Of a stretch of DNA of 59,172 nt, positions 1 through 9,247 are shown piece by piece. Location of the stretch: the NCBI GenBank assembly GCA_018609195.1, contig JAHCSE010000006.1:1-59172 (forward strand). The letters are read 5' to 3'. A program made the translations under genes and the position numbers. The notes below the pieces were generated by a model, which was given only the letters and a program-made list of their open reading frames with translations, had not been told where the DNA came from and ran no database searches. The stretch's first letter is position 1. Each line of letters begins with the position of its first letter. This DNA is from Patescibacteria group bacterium. Its GTDB lineage: Bacteria; Patescibacteriota; Minisyncoccia; Minisyncoccales; RBG-13-36-15.

Positions 1-2094
1 GAAAGCCCCACAAAGGCGCGGACTCTAAAACAATTTCTTGGTAAAGAGTATCAAATTGAAGCAACTATGGGCCACGTTCGAGACTTACCAAAGGGTGAAT
101 TTGGCGTTGATATTGAGAAAGATTTCGAACCCAAATATGTTATCCCGACAAAGTCAAGAAAAGTAATTCGATATTTAAAAGAAGGGTCTCAAAAAGCAGA
201 AGTTGTTATTTTAGCAACTGATGAAGATAGAGAGGGGGAAGCCATTGCCTGGCATTTAATCCAAGCTTTAGGATTAAAAGAGGCCTCAAGGATTGTTTTC
301 CATGAGATCACTAAAAAAGCGATTACTGATGCACTAAAAAATCCTAGAAAAATTGATATGAAATTAGTTAATGCCCAACAGGCAAGAAGAATACTTGACA
401 GAATCGTTGGCTATAAATTATCTCCCTTTTTGTGGAAAAAAGTGGCAAGGGGTCTATCAGCAGGAAGAGTGCAATCGGTAGCAGTAAGATTTGTGGCAGA
501 AAGAGAAAGAGAGATTGAAAATTTTATTCCTCAAGAATATTGGACCATCACGACTCTCCTGCGAAAACTTTCGGAGTTACGATCTCCGAAAGTTGGAGTT
601 AGGGAATTTGAAGCTCTATTGATTAAAAAAGAGGGGGAAACCATTCCTAAATTAGGAATTAAGACAAAAAAGGAGGCAGAGAAAATTATTAAAGATTTAA
701 AAGGAGCTGAATACAAAGTAATAAATATCGAAAAAAAAGAAATTAAGAGAAATCCTCTTCCCCCTTTCACCACCAGCACCTTACAACAGGAAGCCTGGAA
801 AAGATTCAGGTTTCCAGCTAAATTTACTATGGGGATTGCCCAGAGTCTTTATGAACGGGGATTTATCACTTACCATAGAACAGACTCTTTAAATCTCTCC
901 GATCTATCGCTCTTTGCTGCGAAAAAATTTATTATTAAAAATTATGGAAAAGAATACTGGGCTGGGTTTTTGAGAAGATACAAAGCAAAAGGAAGAGTGC
1001 AAGAAGCTCACGAAGCCATTAGGCCTACATACCCAGATAGCTCTCCTTCCTCCTTCGCTTCCGCCTCCGTTAAATCTTCGGCGGACAAGAAAGCTATGGA
1101 GGGCAAGGAAAAATTAGACCAAAATCAACTTAAACTCTATGACCTTATCTGGCGGAGATTTATTACTTGCCAGATGGCACAAGCTTTTTTTGATTCAACA
1201 ACGATAGATATTGAAGCTAAGAATTTCACGTTTCGAGCTACTGGTCAAATTTTAAAATTTGAGGGCTTTTTAAAGGTTTACCCAATTAAATACGAAGAAA
1301 CCGAACTCCCTTTACTAAAAATAAATGAAACTTTAGAACTTATAAAATTACTACCTTCCCAGCACTTCACCCAGCCTCCTCCAAGATATACGGAAGCTAC
1401 TTTAATTAAAACTTTGGAAGAAAATGGAATTGGCCGACCTTCAACCTATGCCCCCACTATTTCAACAATTCAAGAAAGAAATTATATCGAAAAAAATGAT
1501 CAGAAAAAATTTCGGCCAACCGAAATAGGAATTGTAGTTAATGATCTCTTAGTAAAGCATTTTCCAAAAATTGTTAATATCCAATTTACAGCTGAAATGG
1601 AAGATAATTTAGATAAAATTGCCCAGGGAAAAGAAAAATGGGTGAAAATCTTGAGAGAATTTTATAATCCTTTTGAAGAGAATCTTCAAAAAAAATACGA
1701 AGAAGTTTCAAAAAAAGAAATTACTGATGAGCCAACTGAAAAAACTTGCCCTGAGTGCGGCTCCTCTCTTTTAATTAAACTGGGGAAATTTGGGAGATTT
1801 TATTCCTGCAGTAAATTCCCAAAATGTAAATATACAGAATCTCTTGAAAGAAAAACTTTGGGAATAAAATGCCCAAAATGTGAAAAAGGCGAAATTATTG
1901 AAAAAAGGACGAAAAAGAAAAAAATTTTTTACGCTTGCAATACATACCCAAAATGTGATTTTGCTTTATGGGATAGGCCTACCGGAGAAAAATGCCCAGA
2001 ATGTAACTCACTTTTAGTTGAGACAAAAAGGAAACAAATCAAGTGTTCAAATAAAGAATGTAATGCTGAAATTGACCAGAAAGTCAAAAAATGA
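1..2094 (+). CDS. topA: DNA topoisomerase I, 5'-partial (N-terminus lies off the window)
   Basis: Frame 1 is open from base 1 (ESPTKARTLKQFLGKEYQIEAT precedes the listed Met). TOPRIM motif GHVRDLP, EAHEAIRPT, and four C-terminal CxxC zinc-ribbon pairs are present. Confidence 0.95.
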   Translation, partial: ESPTKARTLKQFLGKEYQIEATMGHVRDLPKGEFGVDIEKDFEPKYVIPTKSRKVIRYLKEGSQKAEVVILATDEDREGEAIAWHLIQALGLKEASRIVFHEITKKAITDALKNPRKIDMKLVNAQQARRILDRIVGYKLSPFLWKKVARGLSAGRVQSVAVRFVAEREREIENFIPQEYWTITTLLRKLSELRSPKVGVREFEALLIKKEGETIPKLGIKTKKEAEKIIKDLKGAEYKVINIEKKEIKRNPLPPFTTSTLQQEAWKRFRFPAKFTMGIAQSLYERGFITYHRTDSLNLSDLSLFAAKKFIIKNYGKEYWAGFLRRYKAKGRVQEAHEAIRPTYPDSSPSSFASASVKSSADKKAMEGKEKLDQNQLKLYDLIWRRFITCQMAQAFFDSTTIDIEAKNFTFRATGQILKFEGFLKVYPIKYEETELPLLKINETLELIKLLPSQHFTQPPPRYTEATLIKTLEENGIGRPSTYAPTISTIQERNYIEKNDQKKFRPTEIGIVVNDLLVKHFPKIVNIQFTAEMEDNLDKIAQGKEKWVKILREFYNPFEENLQKKYEEVSKKEITDEPTEKTCPECGSSLLIKLGKFGRFYSCSKFPKCKYTESLERKTLGIKCPKCEKGEIIEKRTKKKKIFYACNTYPKCDFALWDRPTGEKCPECNSLLVETKRKQIKCSNKECNAEIDQKVKK
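1045..1108. repeat. GC-rich imperfect hairpin patch lying in frame inside topA (encodes SSFASASVKSSADKKAMEGK)
   Basis: Local GC spike in an AT-rich gene. Arms ccttcctcc/ggagggcaagg and ccgcc/ggcgg pair. It contains GGCGGACAAG, which also occurs twice at 13985-14006. Confidence 0.6.
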
Positions 2095-2108
2095 TAAATT
2101 TGAATTGA

Positions 2109-2192
2109 GCCGCGGTGGCGGAATTGGTTTACGCGTACGACTCAAAATCGTATGACCGAAAGGTTGTGTGGGTTCGACTCCCACCCGCGGCA
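2109..2192 (+). tRNA. tRNA-Leu (anticodon CAA), class II with long variable arm, CCA not encoded
   Basis: Acceptor GCCGCGG/CCGCGGC, anticodon stem TACGA/TCGTA with loop CTCAAAA, variable arm GACCGAAAGGTT, T-arm GTGGG-TTCGACT-CCCAC, discriminator A. Confidence 0.93.
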
Positions 2193-2196
2193 TAAA

Positions 2197-2226
2197 ATAA
2201 AAAGCCCTTTTTAGGGCCTTTTTATT
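2197..2226. terminator. Weak bidirectional hairpin between tRNA-Leu and the convergent mscS-like gene
   Basis: aaaaagccc-ttttta-gggccttttt, flanked by an A-run and a T-run. Confidence 0.45.
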
Positions 2227-2247
2227 AAAATTGCTCCAATAGGATTT

Positions 2248-3078
2248 CTATTTCATTGTTATTTCTTCTTTAGTTAATGCTTCTTTAATTCTCTTTCTCA
2301 ATGCTCTGGCAACCTCCCAGTGTTTCCCGGGTTTGGTATCACCTAGAATTCTTAATGATACCTTATCCCCTTCAATATTTTCCACTCCTAAAACTTCTGG
2401 GGGTTTTGTAATAAGGGCGCGAAATTGAGTATCTTGAGCTAAGGCCTTGCCAGTTTTATTTATAATTTCTATTGCCTTATCAAGATTAACTTCATAACCC
2501 AAAGCGATATTCATATCTACTCGAGAAAATCCTTTACTCAAATTAGAAACTTTCTTAATAGTACTGTGGATAATAAAATATTGAACGCCATTCAACCCTC
2601 GAAGGGTGGTTCGCCTGAGATTAATATCTTCTACTTTTCCCTCTGTGCCATCGATATTAACCCAGTCTCCTACTCGATACTGGTCTTCGATTAGAATAAA
2701 GAGGCCAGAAACTATATCTTTGACCAGGCTTTGAGAACCAAAGCCAATTGCCAACCCTAAAACTCCTATTCCAGCCAAAAGTGCTCCAATATTGATTCCA
2801 AATTCTGGAAGAATCATCATGGTAACCACCAATATAATCATTATTTTCCCGGCCATCAAAAAGATTTGAGCTAGGGTTTGAGTTCTTTTCTCTAAAGCCT
2901 TGTTATCTTGGTCAGCGTAAGTTTTCTTAGTTATAACTCCTATTAGGCGTAAGCTAAATTTCTTAAAAATTTTATATACAATAATACCTGCAATAATAAT
3001 TGCGAAAATTTTCAGACCCGGGCTTAAAAACCACTGAAGAATAGATTGCAAAATTGTTTGGAAATCAAAAGTAGGCAT
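2248..3078 (-). CDS. Small-conductance mechanosensitive channel (MscS family)
   Basis: N-terminal TM helices followed by LVKDIVSGLFILIEDQYRVGDWVNIDGTEGKVEDINLRRTTLR, typical of the MscS beta domain. Confidence 0.85.
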   Translation of the reverse strand: MPTFDFQTILQSILQWFLSPGLKIFAIIIAGIIVYKIFKKFSLRLIGVITKKTYADQDNKALEKRTQTLAQIFLMAGKIMIILVVTMMILPEFGINIGALLAGIGVLGLAIGFGSQSLVKDIVSGLFILIEDQYRVGDWVNIDGTEGKVEDINLRRTTLRGLNGVQYFIIHSTIKKVSNLSKGFSRVDMNIALGYEVNLDKAIEIINKTGKALAQDTQFRALITKPPEVLGVENIEGDKVSLRILGDTKPGKHWEVARALRKRIKEALTKEEITMK

Positions 3079-3099
3079 CTTATTCTATTTTATAAAAAA

Positions 3100-3615
3100 T
3101 TATTTAAGAAGACAAGTTTTCTGAAAAATCTTTATTAAAAGATAGGCGGAAAGAATTCCGACTAAAGCCCCAGCCAAAATATCTGAGGGCCAATGAATTC
3201 CAACAAAGACTCTAGCTGAACTAATGAAAAAACTGGCTCCAAAAAACAAGAGGCCAGCCTTTTTGTTATAGAAATAAATAATCGTGGCAATGGCAAAAAA
3301 GAAGGCAGCATGGCCAGAGGGAAAAGCTGATTGATTCACTCGATCCACAAGTAAATTCACATGATTTTCCACAAATGGTCTTGGTCGATCGAAAAGCCAA
3401 CGAATAACACTTACAATAACTAACCTTGCTAAAATGGCTGCAAGAAAAGCTTGAATTATCATTGGCCAGTATTTTTTGAAATTTTTTACCAAGAATAAAA
3501 GCAATAAAAAAACTAAAACATATCCGAAATATTTTGCAAAAAAAATTGCCAAGGTATCTAGCCAAAGCCATCTAAAAACCAATTGATTAATTTGTTGGAA
3601 GATAAATAAATCCAT
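3100..3615 (-). CDS. PAP2-family phosphatase (undecaprenyl-diphosphatase-like membrane protein)
   Basis: PAP2 motifs RPRP, PSGHAA and SRVFVGIHWPSDILAG, with multiple TM segments. Confidence 0.8.
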   Translation of the reverse strand: MDLFIFQQINQLVFRWLWLDTLAIFFAKYFGYVLVFLLLLFLVKNFKKYWPMIIQAFLAAILARLVIVSVIRWLFDRPRPFVENHVNLLVDRVNQSAFPSGHAAFFFAIATIIYFYNKKAGLLFFGASFFISSARVFVGIHWPSDILAGALVGILSAYLLIKIFQKTCLLK

Positions 3616-3622
3616 TTTTGAA

Positions 3623-4444
3623 TCAGATATTTAGTCTAATTAAATTTTCAATTAGGCAAGCTACGGTCAAAGGTCCTATTCCACCTGGAACCGGAGTAAT
3701 ATAACTTGCTTTTTTGGAGACACTTTTAAAATCTACATCTCCTAATAATTTTCCTTTCTTATAACCAGATCCGCAATCAATAACTATTGCTCCTTTTTTT
3801 ATAATTTTTCCTTTAATTAAATTTGGTTTTCCCACCCCGGAAATTAAAATATCAGCTTTTTCAGTAAAAGAAGAAATATCAGGAGTTAATTCATTAACCA
3901 CTGTCAAATTCCCCTTTTCTTTTAAAATCCACAAAGTTAGAGGCAGGCCTACCAATTTTCCTGCTCCAACTAAAACTATATTTTTCCCTTGAATTTTTAT
4001 TTTATAATTCTTCAAAAGATGAGAAACAGCTCCGACAACGGGGGGTGAAATTGGTAGAGTTCCCTGATAAAATTTCCCTAAACTCTCTTTTGATAAAACA
4101 TCAATATCTTTTTGAAAAGGAATAAGATTTAAGATTTCATCAGCGACGATGTGCCTTGGCAAAGGTAATTGGACTATTATTCCAGAATTTTTTGGATTTT
4201 TAACAATTTTCTTCATTTCATCTTTAAGTCTCTTTTGACTAATTTTTCTCTCAAATTTATATAATTTAAAATTGATTCCAACTTGCTCGCAGGCTTTTTT
4301 CTTCTGCTTAATAAAAATTTCAGAAACTGGGTTTTCTCTTACTTGGATAATGGCCAATCCCAATTTTAAATTAGATTTTTTGATTTCTCTTCTCAGATTT
4401 TCTAGAATTTTCTCTGCTATTTTTTTGCCATCTAATATTTTCAC
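3623..4444 (-). CDS. folD: Bifunctional methylenetetrahydrofolate dehydrogenase/cyclohydrolase
   Basis: MKILDGKKIA start, IIVQLPLP, TPVPGGIGPLT. Length 273 aa. Overlaps glyA by 4 nt. Confidence 0.92.
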   Translation of the reverse strand: MKILDGKKIAEKILENLRREIKKSNLKLGLAIIQVRENPVSEIFIKQKKKACEQVGINFKLYKFERKISQKRLKDEMKKIVKNPKNSGIIVQLPLPRHIVADEILNLIPFQKDIDVLSKESLGKFYQGTLPISPPVVGAVSHLLKNYKIKIQGKNIVLVGAGKLVGLPLTLWILKEKGNLTVVNELTPDISSFTEKADILISGVGKPNLIKGKIIKKGAIVIDCGSGYKKGKLLGDVDFKSVSKKASYITPVPGGIGPLTVACLIENLIRLNI

Positions 4445-5676
4445 GATAAAGGAAATTTTTTACAAAGTTTTATAACTTCTTTTTTGATTTTTGAATAAGA
4501 TTTGGGATTGGAAATTACTTCATTTATCCAAGCGGCAATTTTTTTCATCTCTTTTTCTTTCATTCCTCTTGTGGTTAATGCTGGAGTACCTATTCTCATT
4601 CCTGAAGGGTTAAAAGGACTCCTTTTGTCATAGGGAATAGAATTTTTATTCACAATTATCCCGGCTTTTTCTAAATTATCCTGGGCTTCTTTACCAGAAA
4701 TTCCTTTATTCATTAAATCAATTAAAATTAAATGATTATCAGTTCCCCCAGAAATTAAATGAAAATTGTATTTTTTAAGTTCTTTAGCTAAAGTTTTGGC
4801 ATTCTTTATAATTTGAGCTGTATATTTTTTAAATTGAATACTCTGAGCTTCTTTCAAAGCTACTCCAATGGCACAAATTGTATGATTGTGGGGACCGCCT
4901 TGTAATCCAGGAAAAACTTTAGGAAAGATTTTTTGTTTTAGCTCAGTTTTGCAAATAATTATTGCTCCCCTTGGCCCTCTGAGAGTTTTATGTGTAGTAG
5001 TCATTACCACATCAGCAAAAGGGAAGGGACTGGGATGGACTCTGCCTATTATTAAACCAGAAATATGGGCAATGTCAGCTAAGAGATAAGCTTGAACTTT
5101 TTTGGCAATTTGGGCAAATTTTTTGAAATTAATTTTTCTCGGATAGGCACTATAACCTGTGATAATTAATTTTGGCCTCGTTTTTTTTGCTATTTTTTCA
5201 ATTTCTTTGTAGTCTAAAAAGCCCTCTTTACTTAAAAAATAATGAGAAACTTTGAAATCTTGGCCAGATAAAGAAACCTTTGTCCCCTGGCTTAAATGTC
5301 CTCCGTGAGATAAAGGCAAGGTTAAAATTTTATCGCCTGGCTTTAGTAACCCTCTTAAAACTGCATAATTTGCTGGAGAACCAGAATAAGGTTGGACATT
5401 AACTGCCCATTTTTTACTCAAACGAAAAACCTTTCTCACTCTTTCTTCAACTAAACTTTCTAACTTATCAATATTTTCTGTGCCACCGTAATATCTTTTG
5501 AAAGGCCTTCCCTCTGAATATTTAACTACAAAAATTGAACTCAAAGCTTCTCTCACTGCTTTAGAGGGATAATTTTCTGAAGCAATCAAATGGAGAGTCA
5601 GATTGTGCCTCTTTCTTTCTTCCTCAATGAGATTCGCAATTTTTGGATCTTTTTTTCCGATGGATTGATTTTTCAT
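4441..5676 (-). CDS. glyA: Serine hydroxymethyltransferase
   Basis: LIASENY, GYSAYPR and TTTHKTLRGPRG (PLP-lysine motif). Confidence 0.95.
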   Translation of the reverse strand: MKNQSIGKKDPKIANLIEEERKRHNLTLHLIASENYPSKAVREALSSIFVVKYSEGRPFKRYYGGTENIDKLESLVEERVRKVFRLSKKWAVNVQPYSGSPANYAVLRGLLKPGDKILTLPLSHGGHLSQGTKVSLSGQDFKVSHYFLSKEGFLDYKEIEKIAKKTRPKLIITGYSAYPRKINFKKFAQIAKKVQAYLLADIAHISGLIIGRVHPSPFPFADVVMTTTHKTLRGPRGAIIICKTELKQKIFPKVFPGLQGGPHNHTICAIGVALKEAQSIQFKKYTAQIIKNAKTLAKELKKYNFHLISGGTDNHLILIDLMNKGISGKEAQDNLEKAGIIVNKNSIPYDKRSPFNPSGMRIGTPALTTRGMKEKEMKKIAAWINEVISNPKSYSKIKKEVIKLCKKFPLS

Positions 5677-5688
5677 CTTATTTTAAAT

Positions 5689-6282
5689 TTATTTCTGAAG
5701 GGCATTTTTAAGAAATTTAGCTATATTTTTATCATATTCAGCTGTTCTTTGAAAAACTTTTTGAGCTAATTTTAATCGAATTCCTGCCGGAATATCTTTT
5801 TTCTGTTTGAGAATTTTTATGATTCTATTATAATCTTTGGGGTCAATTACCACTGTCACATATTTATAATTTTTAGCTGCTGCCCGAATCATAGTTACCC
5901 CACCAATATCGATATTTTCAATAGCTTTCTTAAAAGTGAAACTTTTTTGAGCAATAACTTTTTCAAAAGGATAAAGGTTACAAACCACCATATCAATTGG
6001 CAGAATGTCAAACTTTTTTGCTTGTTTTAAATGTATTTTGTTTTTTCGATCATATAATAAAGCCCCTGCAATATGAAAAGAAATTGTTTTCAGTCTTCCA
6101 AAGGCTTCGGGGTTCCCCGTAACTTTTTCAACTGGGATTACCGTAATTCCTGCTCCTTTTAAAATTTTTACTGTTCCGCTAGTTGATATTATCTCCCAAT
6201 CTAGTGTAACTAAGCTTTTAGCAAAACCAACTATTCCTGTTTTATCCCAGACACTAATTAAAACTCGCTGTTTTATCTCCAT
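5689..6282 (-). CDS. Stand-alone MGS-like/IMP cyclohydrolase domain (PurH N-terminal domain only)
   Basis: LISVWDKTGIVGFAK, ISTSGTVKIL and GRLKTISFHIAGALL match the PurH IMPCH domain. It is only 197 aa and no AICAR transformylase domain follows. Confidence 0.7.
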   Translation of the reverse strand: MEIKQRVLISVWDKTGIVGFAKSLVTLDWEIISTSGTVKILKGAGITVIPVEKVTGNPEAFGRLKTISFHIAGALLYDRKNKIHLKQAKKFDILPIDMVVCNLYPFEKVIAQKSFTFKKAIENIDIGGVTMIRAAAKNYKYVTVVIDPKDYNRIIKILKQKKDIPAGIRLKLAQKVFQRTAEYDKNIAKFLKNALQK

Positions 6283-7469
6283 CTTAATTTAAATTTAGGC
6301 AAATCTCCTAACAACATAAAACCTAAAGAAAATATTGCTGCTATTAGGAAAGCGAAATTTATTTTTGGAACAAAAAAGAAAAATATTGCCAAAACCAAAA
6401 ATAAAAAGAATCTGGAAATATTTATAATTATTTCTCGATAGATTATGAATTCATCCGCTTCTTCTCCTTTTAAAGCTGCCTTCTCATAAAGGATAGTCTG
6501 GAAAGGAATTCCAGCTGTGGTTCGGCAAATTCTATAAAGGGTGTGGGATAAGAAAGCACCGAAGGGGGTCACCACAAAAAATTTTATTATCCAGGCTGCT
6601 GAGGTTAAAAAGGATCCAATGTTTAAAAGTCTAGGCCGGTTGAGCTTATCAGTAATTTTTCCCATATATAAAGTAAAAATGGCTGAAAATCCCAAAGCAA
6701 AAGAGGTGATTCCACCCATCGCTACAAATTGGATAGCTAGAATAGTCATAAAGAGAGGCCACAAATAAAAATTTATCGCAACTTCCATGCCATTGAAGGC
6801 AAAGGCTAAAGAAGTCCTTCGATTCTCTTTTTTGAAAATTCTGCCCCAGGCTTTCTCATAAGAATCAGTGTAAATTTCATGGATTTCTTTGGAAAGAAAG
6901 AGAGGGATAGCTGAAGCTGAAAGAACGAGCAAAACTGAGGTGAATAAAACTGGATAATTAAAAACAGTTAAGATCCATCCCCCAATAATTGGACCAACAA
7001 CGAGGGGAGCAAACATGGCAATGTTCTTCTTCCCTACCTCCATTCCTCGATGGTCTTTTTCTGAAAAACGGGCGAAATCAGTATGAAATGCTGGCCAAAA
7101 AAGAGTCATTCCGAAGGCCTTCAAAATTATAGCCAAGGGTACTAATAAAAATGATTTGAAAATAAAAAATAAGCTGAGATAATACCCAAAGAAAAAAAAG
7201 TGGCTAAAAAGCATGCTATGTTTTAGTCCAATTTTAGCCATTATTTTGCCTCCATAAACTGCTAAAATCCCGTATAGGCCGTGGATTGTTCCAAAAAATA
7301 AAAGAGTAAAAGGAAGCGATTTATCAAAATAAAGATAAAGATAAATCGGCTCAAATACTAAAATCATTCCCAGTGCTAAGTATCGAATAGCAACGCTGGT
7401 AAAAAACTGAGTGGCCTCTCGTTTTAAGAAATAGTGTAAAAAATAAATTGGAGAATAATGAAGAGGCAT
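6273..7469 (-). CDS. MFS-type transporter (about 12 TM)
   Basis: Hydrophobic 398-aa protein with two 6-TM halves joined by a charged central loop. Confidence 0.6.
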   Translation of the reverse strand: MPLHYSPIYFLHYFLKREATQFFTSVAIRYLALGMILVFEPIYLYLYFDKSLPFTLLFFGTIHGLYGILAVYGGKIMAKIGLKHSMLFSHFFFFGYYLSLFFIFKSFLLVPLAIILKAFGMTLFWPAFHTDFARFSEKDHRGMEVGKKNIAMFAPLVVGPIIGGWILTVFNYPVLFTSVLLVLSASAIPLFLSKEIHEIYTDSYEKAWGRIFKKENRRTSLAFAFNGMEVAINFYLWPLFMTILAIQFVAMGGITSFALGFSAIFTLYMGKITDKLNRPRLLNIGSFLTSAAWIIKFFVVTPFGAFLSHTLYRICRTTAGIPFQTILYEKAALKGEEADEFIIYREIIINISRFFLFLVLAIFFFFVPKINFAFLIAAIFSLGFMLLGDLPKFKLRWR

Positions 7470-7490
7470 GAATTTAGTTGACGAACTATT

Positions 7491-8645
7491 TTAAATTTTA
7501 AGGTTAGCGTTAGCTTCTATTTCTTTCCAGCTTCTTATTTCTCTTTCTAACCAGTGAAAATAGGCAGTAATAGCTATCATTACAGCATTATCCGTACATA
7601 GTGAAAGATCAGGAAAGAGATACTGAGTATCCGGCAATTGATTTTTAATAGCCTTTTCAAGTTGCAATCTTAACTCTTCATTTGCAGCTACCCCACCTCC
7701 AAGGACTATTGTTTTTACTTTAAATTCTTCTGCTGCTTTAATAGTTTTCACAACCAGAACATCAATTACTGCTTGTTGGAAACTCGCACAAATATCATTT
7801 TTATATTGCTGAATTTCTTTTTTATTATGCTGTTTTAAGAAGTAAAGAACAGCTGTTTTAAGTCCTGAGAAACTGAAATCAAAATCTTTAGTATAAATCA
7901 TTGGCCTCGGAAAATTAAAGGCTTGAGGATTACCTTTTTTAGCTAATTTCGAAATTTCAGGCCCACCTGGATAACTCAATCCCAACATTCTCGCTACCTT
8001 ATCAAAACATTCTCCGGCTGTGTCATCGCGCGTCTCTCCTAATAATTTATATCTTCCATAATCTTGCATTAGAATTAGTTGGGTATGACCACCAGACACT
8101 GATAAACAAATGATAGGAAAAATAGTTTTGTCCTGAATTTGAAATTTTTTATTAATAAAATTAGCAAAAATATGTGCTTCAATATGATTTACTGGTATCA
8201 CTGGTAAATCCCAGAAATAGGAAAGCCCCCGGGCAAAATTTACTCCAACCCATAAGGCGGGTTCCAATCCTAGTCCAACGGTCACGGCAATTAAATCAAT
8301 CTCTGGTTTTTTATAATTAACCAAAAAATTTTTTAATTGTTTATAAAGATGTCCTTCCCGTATTAAGATTTCTTTAAGTTTTTCAAATTTTCGATTACGG
8401 GGTGGGGGCTTAGAACTTGGGATTCTCTTCAGTAAATCAGCTTCTTTTAGTGCCTTTTTTAAAACTGGCACTAAATTCTTTTGGTGTTCTCTCTTAGCTA
8501 AACTTGGCACCACCCCTCCCCATTTTCTATGGATTTTAACTTGAGAAGAGATAATATTAGATAAAATTTTAAAACGGGAGTTTTGAACCTTAATGAGGGC
8601 AATAGCCGTCTCATCACAAGAAGTTTCAATAGCAAGAATAATCAT
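7491..8645 (-). CDS. tsaD: tRNA N6-adenosine threonylcarbamoyltransferase
   Basis: ILAIETSCDETA, VSGGHTQL and GGGVAAN. Carries a lineage-specific insert of about 45 aa (RIPSSKPPPRNRKFEKL...). Confidence 0.92.
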   Translation of the reverse strand: MIILAIETSCDETAIALIKVQNSRFKILSNIISSQVKIHRKWGGVVPSLAKREHQKNLVPVLKKALKEADLLKRIPSSKPPPRNRKFEKLKEILIREGHLYKQLKNFLVNYKKPEIDLIAVTVGLGLEPALWVGVNFARGLSYFWDLPVIPVNHIEAHIFANFINKKFQIQDKTIFPIICLSVSGGHTQLILMQDYGRYKLLGETRDDTAGECFDKVARMLGLSYPGGPEISKLAKKGNPQAFNFPRPMIYTKDFDFSFSGLKTAVLYFLKQHNKKEIQQYKNDICASFQQAVIDVLVVKTIKAAEEFKVKTIVLGGGVAANEELRLQLEKAIKNQLPDTQYLFPDLSLCTDNAVMIAITAYFHWLEREIRSWKEIEANANLKI

Positions 8646-8650
8646 TATTT

Positions 8651-9247
8651 TTAGACCCTTTTAATTTTTGGTGGGAAAGTAGTTAAATCTAAGACAATTG
8701 AGGGTTTACTTTTTGGCAAATTTCCAGCATCAATTACTAAATCTGGCAGATATTTTTTACCCTTAAATTGCCGTAAAACTTTTTTCATATTACCAGAAGG
8801 TGGCTTTCCAGAGATATTAGCCGATGTACCGACTAAAGGCTTATTTAGCTTTTTTAATAAAAAGTTCACTGGTTTAAAACTTGGGATCCGAAGAGCAATT
8901 GTATCTTTAGCAACTCCATAAATTACCATTTTTGTTTTTTTTCTTTTTAAAACAACTGTTACTTTTCCTGGCCAGACTGTCTTTAAAAACTTTTCTTGCA
9001 CTTTATCTATTCTAGCTAATTTTCTAGCCGCCTTGATGTCTTTGACAAATAGAGGGAGAGGATTCTTTTGAGAACGTTGTTTGATCTGAAAAACTTTTTT
9101 TACAGCTTTTTTGTTTGTGGCATCAGCTACGGGAATATATACGGTATCAGTAGGAAAAATAATAACCTTGCCTTGTCGCAATAAACTGATTACTAATTTT
9201 AGTTTTAATTTTTCTAACTTTTTATAATTAATTTTTAAAATCCTCAT
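8651..9247 (-). CDS. tsaC: L-threonylcarbamoyladenylate synthase (YrdC/TsaC domain)
   Basis: FPTDTVY, VGTSANISG and 198-aa YrdC-size length, adjacent to tsaD. Confidence 0.85.
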   Translation of the reverse strand: MRILKINYKKLEKLKLKLVISLLRQGKVIIFPTDTVYIPVADATNKKAVKKVFQIKQRSQKNPLPLFVKDIKAARKLARIDKVQEKFLKTVWPGKVTVVLKRKKTKMVIYGVAKDTIALRIPSFKPVNFLLKKLNKPLVGTSANISGKPPSGNMKKVLRQFKGKKYLPDLVIDAGNLPKSKPSIVLDLTTFPPKIKRV

